From Nannocystis pusilla (GTDB taxonomy: Bacteria > Myxococcota_A > Polyangia > Nannocystales > Nannocystaceae), in NCBI RefSeq assembly GCF_049060185.1, contig NZ_JBMEQO010000002.1: a DNA stretch of 64,000 nt, one strand, 5' to 3'. The stretch's first letter is position 1. Each line of letters begins with the position of its first letter. The translations under genes and the position numbers were made by a program. The notes under the pieces were generated by a model. That model did not search any database. It had not been told where the DNA came from and saw only the letters and a program-made list of their open reading frames with translations. Below are positions 56,351 to 64,000 of this stretch, in pieces.

Positions 56351-56379
56351 TTGACAGCGCAGTCAAGAACGCTTAGCTT
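56351..56379 (+). promoter_or_regulatory. Candidate sigma-70-type promoter (TTGACA-17-TAGCTT) with an overlapping palindromic operator TTGAC-N6-GTCAA; implies leaderless tetR mRNA
   Basis: ACATTTAATTTTGACAGCGCAGTCAAGAACGCTTAGCTTTCCATCCATG. The -10 element ends 7 nt before the ATG at 56387. Confidence 0.4.
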
Positions 56380-56386
56380 TCCATCC

Positions 56387-57040
56387 ATGCCCCGGCCACG
56401 CGAGTTCGATCGAGACGAGGCCATCGAGCGGGCCATGGCCGTGTTCTGGGAGCACGGCTACGACGGCACCTCGACCGATCAGCTCCTCCAGGCCATGGGC
56501 ATCGGCCGCCAGAGCATGTACGCCGCCTTCGGCGACAAGCACGGCCTCTACCTCGCCGCGCTGGAGCGCTACCAGGCGCGTCAGGGCGCCGACCTGCTGG
56601 AGCGGCTGCGGGCGGTGTCCTCCCCGCTGGGCGCGATCGAGGACATCCTGCTCGGCGTGGCCGGAGACACCGCCGAGGGGCGTTCGCGCGGCTGTTTCGG
56701 CATCCAGTCGATCATCGAGATGGCCGGGCGCGACCCCGAGGTCGTGACCCTGGCCCGCAGCGCCACTGCCCTGTGCGAGGCCGCCTTCGAGCGCATGGTC
56801 GCCGAGGCCAAACGCCGCGACGAGGTCGGCGCGCACGTCGACGAGCGCAGCGCCGGCCGCTTCCTCCTCTCCACCCTGCAGGGCCTGCGGGTCAGCGCTC
56901 GCACGGGCGCCACGCCCGAGGCCCTGCGGGCCGTCGCCGGCTTCGCCATCGCCGCCCTCCGGCCGCGCCGCCCGCCGCAAGTTCTTGACTCCATGGTCCA
57001 CAACCCTACCGCTCGCGGCAGCCAGCGACGCACCGCGTGA
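56387..57040 (+). CDS. TetR/AcrR-family transcriptional regulator
   Basis: HTH motif …FWEHGYDGTSTDQLLQAMGIGRQSMYAAFGDKHGLY…. Confidence 0.8.
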   Translation: MPRPREFDRDEAIERAMAVFWEHGYDGTSTDQLLQAMGIGRQSMYAAFGDKHGLYLAALERYQARQGADLLERLRAVSSPLGAIEDILLGVAGDTAEGRSRGCFGIQSIIEMAGRDPEVVTLARSATALCEAAFERMVAEAKRRDEVGAHVDERSAGRFLLSTLQGLRVSARTGATPEALRAVAGFAIAALRPRRPPQVLDSMVHNPTARGSQRRTA

Positions 57041-57200
57041 GCGGCCCGTCGTCGACTGCATCGTCTAAAAACTCACCGCTCGCGACAGCCCGCGACGGAC
57101 CGCATGCGCGGCGTCGTCGACTGCATCCTCCACAACCCACCGTTCGTGACAGTCGACGCCCACCGCCTCGGGCGGCCGTCGTCGACAGGAGTGATTCGTC

Positions 57201-58286
57201 ATGTCTCTCGATCAGTACTACCTGCTCGGCCGCTCCGGCCTGCGCGTCAGCCCCTTCGCGCTCGGCACCTTGACCTTCGGCACCGACGGCCCGTACGGCG
57301 CCTGGGGCTCGAGCAAGCAGGCCGCGCGCGCCGTGTTCGACCGCTACCTCGCGGCCGGCGGCAACTTCATCGACACCGCCGATCTGTACACCCGCGGCAC
57401 CAGCGAGTCGCTGCTCGGCGAGTTCATCGCCGACGGCAACCGCGATCGCCTCGTGCTCACCAGCAAGTACAGCTACAACCTCGCCGAGCGCGACCCCAAC
57501 GCCGGCGGCAACGGGCGCAAGAACATGATCCGCGCGCTCGAGGCCTCGCTGAAGCGCCTGCGGACCGACTACCTCGATCTCTACCTGCTTCACACCTGGG
57601 ACCGGATCACCCCCGCCGAGGAGGTCGTGCGCGCCTTCGACGACCTCGTGCGCGCCGGCAAGATCCGCTACGCCGGCCTGTCCGACGTCCCCGCCTGGTA
57701 CGCCGCGCGGGCCCACACCTACGCCGAGGCCCACGCCCTCGCGCCGATCGTCAACCTGCAGCTGCAGTACTCGCTGGTCGAGCGCGGCATCGAGGCCGAG
57801 TTCACCTCGCTCGCCACCAACCTCGGCATGGGCATCACCGCCTGGAGTCCGCTCGCCAGCGGCCTCCTGTCGGGCAAGTACCGGCCCAACAGCGACGGCG
57901 GCAGCGGCCGGCTCAGCACCGGCACCGGCAAGTCGCTCAGCCTCTTCACCGAGCGCAACTGGCAGATCGTCGGCGCGCTCGAGGCCGTCGCCGCCGAGCT
58001 CGGGCGCAGCATGGCCCAGGTCGCGCTGCAGTGGGTGCTCACGCGTCCGGGCGTCACCTCGGTGATCCTCGGCGCCACGCGGCCCGAGCAGCTCGAGGAC
58101 AACCTCGGCGCGCTCGACCTCCGGATCCCGCCCGAGCTGCTGCGCCGCCTCGACGAGGCCAGCACGCCGCCCCTCACCACCCCGTACGCGATGTTCGGCG
58201 ACCGCTACCAGGCCGCAGTGCACGGCGCCGCAGTCAGCGATCGCCCGCCCGCCTTTGCCCCGCCGGTCCGCGTCAGCCTCGGCTGA
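57201..58286 (+). CDS. Aldo/keto reductase (AKR family oxidoreductase)
   Basis: Intact. AGGAG SD 8 nt upstream. …GTLTFGTD…, …NFIDTADLYTRGTSE…, …IRYAGLSDVPAW…. Confidence 0.85.
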   Translation: MSLDQYYLLGRSGLRVSPFALGTLTFGTDGPYGAWGSSKQAARAVFDRYLAAGGNFIDTADLYTRGTSESLLGEFIADGNRDRLVLTSKYSYNLAERDPNAGGNGRKNMIRALEASLKRLRTDYLDLYLLHTWDRITPAEEVVRAFDDLVRAGKIRYAGLSDVPAWYAARAHTYAEAHALAPIVNLQLQYSLVERGIEAEFTSLATNLGMGITAWSPLASGLLSGKYRPNSDGGSGRLSTGTGKSLSLFTERNWQIVGALEAVAAELGRSMAQVALQWVLTRPGVTSVILGATRPEQLEDNLGALDLRIPPELLRRLDEASTPPLTTPYAMFGDRYQAAVHGAAVSDRPPAFAPPVRVSLG

Positions 58287-58484
58287 AATCATTCGTGTCG
58301 GTCGAGGTGGGCCGTCGCCGCGGAACGTCGATTGCCGCGGCGCACGGGCGTCGCCCGCGACCCGGCGAGTCGCCCCGACCACCACGAACCATCACGAACC
58401 GCATCGGTTCGAGGCCTCGCCGATCGCTGCGCGGAATCGTCGCGCCCCGCACCGACGTGGTACCTCTCGTCGCCATGGGATTCT

Positions 58485-58974
58485 TCGACAAGGCCAAGCA
58501 GTTCCTCGGCGGCAAGAACATGGCGAGCGTCGCCATCACGGTCATCGAGCGTCAACCGGCGGAGACCGCCACCTTCCCGGTCACCGACTCGGTCCTCAAG
58601 GGCACCATGGTGATCACCGCGCAGCAGGAGTGCACCTTGCTGGCGACCAAGTACGAGGTGTGGCTGTACATCAAGAAGGACGACATCGACTCCCGAACCT
58701 CGCCCGCGCCGAGAAGGATCCCGATCCGAACGTCAGCTACTCGGACAGCTGCCTCAAGATGCCTTGCGACCTCAAGCCCGGGCAGGTCATCACCCAGCCG
58801 TGGATGGTGAGCGAGGTCGACCTCGCCGGCATCCTCGCGCGCAACGGCTTCTCCGACCCGAACGCCGCCACGCGTGATCCGCGGGTGCGGCTCGTCGTCA
58901 AATGCATCGCCGACGTCAAGGGCTCGCCGTTCGATCCGAGCGCAGAGGTCACCGTCCGCCTCGCGCCGACCTGA
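58485..58974 (+). CDS. Spo0M-like (SpoOM/arrestin-fold) protein; 1 frameshift
   Basis: MGFFDKAKQFLGGKNMASVAITVIERQP…VTDSVLKGTMVITAQQECTL…. Confidence 0.5.
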
Positions 58975-59042
58975 ATCGCGCGCGCCGGGACATGGGCCCC
59001 GCGCGCCCCTGCGCGCCGGCCCGTGGCACATTCGCCGGCACG

Positions 59043-59653
59043 ATGAACATCGACCTCGCCGATGCTTGTCCGTCGCCGCCCTCATGAGCCAGGGCGTCGC
59101 CACAGCCGGCTGCACGATCAACCTCGGCGGTCTCTCCGATACCAACATCGGCCCCGAGTCGACCACGACCACGAGCACCGCCGGCACCACGGACGACACG
59201 ACCAGCACCGGCACGGCGGGCGAGACGACCGACGCCACCGAGACCGACCCCGGCACCAGCGTGCCGACGACCACCGAGGCCCCGACCAGCACCACCGAGG
59301 CCACCGCGGGCACCACCGAGGCCACCGCGGGCACCACCGGCGACGCCTTCGTCTGCAGCGACGGCACCGCGCTCGCGGACCCCGCCTGGGTCTGCGACGA
59401 GAACCCCGACTGTCCCGACGGCTCCGACGAGGTCAGCGGCTGCGGCCTCGAGGCCTTCACCTGCACCGACAAGAAGGAGATCCCCGCGACCTGGGCCTGC
59501 GACGAGGTCCCCGACTGCCTCGACAACTCCGACGAGGTCAGCGGCTGCGGCCTCGAGGCCTTCGTCTGCACCAACGGCACCGAGATCCCGGCGACCTGGA
59601 AGTGCGACATGGCCGAGGACTGCCCCGACGGCTCCGACGAGGCCGACTGCTGA
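59043..59653 (+). CDS. Secreted/lipoprotein with Thr-rich linker and 3 LDL-receptor class A (LDLa) Cys-rich repeats
   Basis: The pattern C..G…W.CD…DC.DGSDE..C occurs three times (…FVCSDGTALADPAWVCDENPDCPDGSDEVSGC… and two further copies). Lipobox …ATAGC. Start uncertain (59043 or 59084). Confidence 0.55.
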
Positions 59654-59663
59654 GATGACCGCA

Positions 59664-59752
59664 GGGACATGTCCTAAAGGGCGTGTCATGTCCCACGCGC
59701 GGCCGCTCCCGACGACCTGAAAGTCCACATGACCTCTCGGTCATGTCCCTTC
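59664..59752. repeat. GGACATGTCC-family repeat cluster (about 5 units) between convergent genes
   Basis: GGGACATGTCCTAAAGGGCGTGTCATGTCCCACGCG…GTCCACATGACCTCTCGGTCATGTCCCTTCAGG. Confidence 0.8.
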
Positions 59753-61035
59753 AGGCACACGCCAGCCGCCGACGAGCCGCCGCACTTCCGCCACGTCGGA
59801 GAACGGCCGCGTCTGGCCGCGCGCCGTCTGGCCCTCCTCGTGGCCCTTGCCGGCGATCACCACCACGTCGCCGGCCCCGGCCGCCGCGATCGCGTCCGCG
59901 ATCGCCTGCCCGCGGTCGAGCACGATCGACCAGCCCGCGCGGCCGCCCTGCAGCCCTTCCACCACCGCGGCCGCGATCGCCTCCGGCGCCTCGTCGCGCG
60001 GGTTGTCGCTCGTCACCAGCGCCACGTCGGCCAGCGCGCCGACTGCCGCGCCCATCGGCGCGCGCTTCTCCGGCGTCGAGTTGCCGCCGGCGCCGAACAC
60101 CACGAGCACCCGCCCCTGCGGCCCGCGAGCCGCCGCGCCGTCGCGCACGTATGCGTCAGCGCGTCGGGCGAGTGCGCATAGTCGACCGCGATCGTCGGCC
60201 GGCCGGGCCCGTGGGCCAGCACTTCGAAGCGCCCCGGCACGATCGGGCACTCGGCGATCCCACACGCCACCGCCTCGCCGGGCAGCCCGGCCGCGAGCCC
60301 CGCGAGCGCGGCCGCCAGCGCGTTCTCGGCGAACACCTCGCCCACCATTTTTGTGGAGAGCGCCCCGCCGAGCGCCGTTGCGGCCGGCGACGGGCGCAGC
60401 ACCACTCGCGTCCCGGTCGCCTCGACCTCGATCGTCTCGGCCTCGAGGTCCGCCGCGCGCAGCCGCGGTCCGCGACCCGGCGCCGCGAACCACCGCCGCT
60501 CCACGTCGGCGGGGATCGCCTGGTCGACGAACAGCGCGTGCTTGTCGGCCGCGTTGAGCACCGCCACACGCCCGGGCCCCAGGTGCATGAAAAGCTGGGC
60601 CTTGGCCGCCAGGTAGTGCTCCCAGTTGCCGTGCGTGCCGAAGTGATCGACCGACAGGTTGGTAAACACCCCGAGGTCGAACCGCCAGCTGCGCGCGTAG
60701 CCCTGCGCCAGCGCGTGGCTGGTCGTCTCGATCACCGCGTGCCTGGCCCCGCGCTCGTGCGCCCGCGCCAGAGTGGCGACAAAGTCGGTGAACCGCTTAC
60801 CGCGCGGCCACGCCTCGTCGTCGAACGCGACCCCGAGCGTCGACACCCGCAGCGCCGACAACCCGGCCGCCCGCACCGCCGCCGCCAGCATCCACGTCGT
60901 CGAAGTCTTGCCGTTGGTGCCGGTGACCCCGAACGAGAACATCGACTCCGCCCACGGAGCCGCCGCCGCCACCGGCCGCGAGACGCTCGTCACCCGGCGA
61001 GCATAACCCGGACCATGGGCACTGGTCTCGCGCAC
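59741..61035 (-). CDS. Mur ligase-family protein (central ATP-binding plus C-terminal domains; short N-terminus); 1 frameshift
   Basis: …FGVTGTNGKTSTTWML…, …DHFGTHGNWEHYLAAKAQLF…, C-terminal …VLVVFGAGGN…DVVVIAGKGHEEGQT…. Confidence 0.65.
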
Positions 61036-61364
61036 GAGGGTCCGGTCGCGGCACGACGATCACCGCCGCCCATGCTCGCCGCGACAGCGCCCGCTCCCGA
61101 CCGCGCCTCTCGTTCCGCTCGCGCTGCGCCCTCTCCGCGAGCGAGCGCTCCCTCCACCGCCCGCGCGTTGCTCGTCCCGGCTCTCGCCTCCGCGCCGTCC
61201 GCAGTCTTGGCCCGCGCGTGCCCGTCACGAGCGGGCGCTCGCCTCGACGCCCGCGTCGCTCGCCACGTCTCCTGGCTCGCACGAGCCTGTCCTCGAGCCA
61301 CACCTCGCCTCGAACGCCCGCGCCCGCCCGCGAGCAGCGGCGCCGGCACCGTCACGGCCTTGCG

Positions 61365-61460
61365 AGAGGACATGTAGATTCAAACATGACCTTTCGCGCA
61401 CGTCCTTTCGCACATGCCCCATCGGACATGCCCACTCGAACATGCTCAATCAGACAGACC
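61365..61460. repeat. GGACATGTCC-family repeat cluster (about 6 units) downstream of trpF
   Basis: GAGGACATGTAGATTCAAACATGACCTTTCGCGCACGTCCTTTCGCACATGCCCCATCGGACATGCCCACTCGAACATGCTC. Confidence 0.75.
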
Positions 61461-62075
61461 GCGACAGGCCGCCAGCAGCGCCACGATCGCCGCGCGGTCC
61501 TTCTCCCGCGGCGCGCTCCCGGCAACTCCGTCCCGCTGGCGACGTCGAGCCCGGCCGGGCGGACCTGCGCGATCGCCTGCGCCGCGTTGGCCGGCGTGAT
61601 CCCGCCGGCCAGCCACACCTCGAGCCCCGCGAGCTGCTGCACCGCCGCCGCGGCCCATGCCCAGTCGGTCGTCTGGCCTGCCCCGCCGTAACCGGGCACC
61701 GCCGCGTCGAGCAGCGCGCGGGCCGGCCGGGGTTAGGCGGCAGCAGCTCGGCCAGGGCAGGCGTGCCGCGGACCACCCAAAGGTACGGCAGCCCGTAGCC
61801 CGTCACCTCTTCGGCGCCGACGATCTGCACGAGGTCGAGCGCCAGCGTCTCGGCCGCGCGGCGGACCTCGTCGGCCGACGGCTCGACGAACACCCCCACG
61901 CGCTCGAGCGAGCGCGGCGGGTCGACCGCGCGCAGCAGCGCCTCTGCCTCGGTCAACGACAGCCCGCGGCGCGACCCGCTCCACAGGTTGATCCCGACCG
62001 CGTCGACCCCCAGCTCGACGCAGGCCGCCAGGTCCTCGGGGCGGGTCACCCGCACACCTTGAGCTTCACCGCCAT
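61446..62075 (-). CDS. trpF: N-(5'-phosphoribosyl)anthranilate isomerase; about 2 frameshifts
   Basis: MAVKLKVCGVTRPEDLAACVELGVDAVGINLW…, …PGYGGAGQTTDWAWA…, …GGITPANAAQAI…VASGTE…KDRAAIVALL…. Confidence 0.75.
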
Positions 62076-62084
62076 GCGCGCACC

Positions 62085-62122
62085 GACCTGTCCTTCTCGC
62101 CCTGTTCGGAGAAACATGTCCT
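62085..62122. repeat. GGACA/TGTCC units in the trpC–trpF intergenic spacer
   Basis: GACCTGTCCTTCTCGCCCTGTTCGGAGAAACATGTCCTG. Confidence 0.6.
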
Positions 62123-62184
62123 GAAAGCCAGGCCCCACGCGACCTCGCTCGCGCGCTCGCCTCGCCCCCGCGCACCGGCCAGCC

Positions 62185-62990
62185 TCACAGCGCCATCACC
62201 AGGTCGCGCAGCGCCTCGCCCGGCTGGTCGGCGGTCATGAAGTAGCTGCCGATCAGCAGCGCGTCGGCCCCCGAGTCGCGCAGGCGGAGCGCGTCGTCGA
62301 TGGTGCGGACCCCGCTCTCGGCCACATACGTAAAACTCTTGGGCACGTACTTGCGCAGCTTGGCCGCGCGGTCGGGGTCGAGCTCGAACGTCTGCAGGTC
62401 GCGCGAGTTGACCCCGATCAGCTTCGCCCCGGCTGCCATGGCGCGATCGATCTCCGCCTCGTCGCGGGTCTCGCACAGCACCTGCATCTCGAGCGTGTGG
62501 GAGAACTCGATCAAGTTGCGCAGCTGCGGCGCCGGCAGGGCGGCGACGATCAGCAGCACGCAGTCGGCCCCGACCCGCTTGGCCTCGACGATCTGGGTCT
62601 TCTCGAGGATGAAGTCCTTGGCCAGGAGCGGCAGCGCCACGCTCTGGCGCACCGTCCGCAGGTCTTCGAGCGAGCCCTGGAAGTGCCGGTCGCACAGCAC
62701 GCTCATGCAGGTCGCGCCGCCGGCCGCGTAGAGCATCGCGATCTGGCGCGCGTCGGCGCCTTCGCGCAGGACGCCGGCGCTGGGCGACGCGCGCTTGAAC
62801 TCGGCGATGATCCCCGGGCGCGGGCCCTCGCGCAGCGCGCCGATGAAGTCGCGCGGGCGCGGCAGGCGGGCGCCGAGCTCGATCAGCTCGCGGTCGGTCA
62901 GCGCTCCCGAGCGGGTCGCCCGGGGGCGGCGAGCTCGGCCCGCTTGGCGGCCAGGATCTTGTCGAGGTACGTGCTGCCTTTGTCGCTCAT
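62185..62990 (-). CDS. trpC: Indole-3-glycerol phosphate synthase; 1 frameshift
   Basis: …IIAEFKRASPSAG…, …CMSVLCDRHFQGSLEDL…, …LIGVNSRDLQTF…. Confidence 0.8.
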
Positions 62991-62999
62991 GTCCTGCCC

Positions 63000-64000
63000 T
63001 CAGGGTAGCGCAGCGCGGCTGGCGGCGACGAGCCGGTCGAGCACCGCCGCGGCCCGGCCGTCTTCGAGCGCGGCGCCGATCGCCCGCGCCTTGGCCGGCA
63101 GCGTCTCGATGCCGTCGTCGCCGGCCGCCAGCAGGGCCAGCGCCCCGCTGTACTGCACACTTGTACGGTAGGCCCCCGGCTCGCCGGCCAGAAGGCCCGC
63201 AGCGCGCTCGCGTTGCCGGCCGCGTCGTCGCCGGCGATCGCCGCGATCGGCACCTCCGGCAGCTCGGCGTCGGCCGGGCGCAGCGTGTACGTGCGCAGCG
63301 CGCCGCGGTGCCACTCGGCCACCGTGCTCGGCCCCTCGGGGCTGAGATCGTCGATCCCGGGCCGGTCTGCGCCGGCGAAGAAGCCGTGGACCACGAACAC
63401 GCGCTCGCTCCCCAGGGCGCCCAGGGCCGCGGCCATCGCCTCGACCTTGCCCGGGTCGAACACGCCGATCACCTGCCGGCGCACCCCCGGGTTGCACATC
63501 GGCCCGACCAGGTTGAACAGGGTGCGCAGCCCCAGCGCCTTGCGCGGGCCGGCCGCGTGGCGCATCGCCGGGTGCAGGCTGGGCGCGAACATGAAGCCGA
63601 CGCCGACCTCGTCGACGCACTGGCCGACGCGCTCGGGCGGCGCCGTGATGTCGACCCCGAGCGCGGCCAGCACGTCGGCCGAGCCGCACGGGCTCGAGAT
63701 CCCGCGGTTGCCGTGCTTGGCCACCCGCGCCCCGCAGGCCGCCGCCGCGATCGCCACCGCCGTCGACACGTTGCGCCGGGCCACCCCGCTGCCGCCGGTC
63801 CCGCAGGTGTCGATCGCGCCGCTCGCGCAGCGGCACCGGCACCACCGCCTCTCGCATCGCTCGCACCGCCCCGGCGATCACCGGCGCAGTCTCGCCGCGG
63901 ATCGCCAGCGCCACCAGGAGCCCGCCGATCTGGGCCGGGTCGGCCGCCCCGGCCACGATCTCGCGGAAGATCGCCAGCGCCTCGGCCTCGCCTAACGCCT
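63000..64000 (-). CDS. trpD: Anthranilate phosphoribosyltransferase, C-terminal about 330 aa; N-terminus lies outside the window; 1 frameshift
   Basis: …CGTGGDGIDT-like region, …GNRGISSPCGSADVLAALGV…, …LFNLVGPMCNPG…. Confidence 0.8.
   Translation of the reverse strand, partial: ALGEAEALAIFREIVAGAADPAQIGGLLVALAIRGETAPVIAGAVRAMREAVVPVPLRERRDRHLRDRRQRGGPAQRVDGGGDRGGGLRGAGGQARQPRDLEPVRLGRRAGRARGRHHGAARARRPVRRRGRRRLHVRAQPAPGDAPRGRPAQGAGAAHPVQPGRADVQPGGAPAGDRRVRPGQGRGDGRGPGRPGERARVRGPRLLRRRRPARDRRSQPRGAEHGGRVAPRRAAHVHAAPGRRRAAGGADRGDRRRRRGRQRERAAGLLAGEPGAYRTSVQYSGALALLAAGDDGIETLPAKARAIGAALEDGRAAAVLDRLVAASRAALP

Overview
A 64-kb, very high-GC (~70-72%) chromosomal segment. Its protein repertoire looks like Myxococcota (Sorangium/Polyangia-like): many lipobox lipoproteins with Ser/Thr/Pro-rich linkers, Tat-secreted proteins, kynureninase, a di-haem peroxidase and ECF sigma/anti-sigma pairs. 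That taxonomic assignment is an inference from the proteins, not a measurement. About 55 protein-coding genes are supported. In order they are: a partial MFS transporter, an MA-type and an M28 peptidase, a CAP-domain lipoprotein, a TAXI-SBP–ion-channel–RCK fusion with an adjacent CASTOR/POLLUX-like RCK protein, TauE, an IucA/IucC NIS synthetase, a Prs-family protein, nadE, pcm, a desaturase–GNAT pair, arsR with an AHSA1-like gene, gcvT-gcvH, kynU, an Atl-like protein, a large cytochrome c peroxidase, an ECF sigma/anti-sigma module, a Tat-secreted TldD/PmbA fusion, a beta-propeller lipoprotein, a hybrid histidine kinase with two kinase cores, an OmpA-like lipoprotein, Yip1, a SAM methyltransferase, tatD, a stand-alone divergent rplC, rlmE, typA, tetR, an aldo/keto reductase, a Spo0M-like protein, an LDL-receptor-A repeat protein, a Mur ligase and trpD-trpC-trpF. 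I found no rRNA, tRNA, CRISPR array, IS element or phage module. Two global observations stand out. First, a very abundant family of short palindromic repeat units built on GGACATGTCC (variants GACATGCCC, GGACAGGTCC; that is, GGACA/TGTCC pentamers) occurs at about 30 loci, roughly one per 2 kb. It appears as single units, 14-bp-period tandem arrays, a 36-bp tandem array and long perfect hairpins. It sits mostly at gene boundaries but also in-frame inside linker or loop regions of several genes. Second, many clearly homologous genes are split across two to four reading frames, so frequent single-base indels are present; these may be assembly errors or genuine decay. Gene coordinates are therefore approximate, and the six-frame ORF track is dominated by GC-artefact ORFs.
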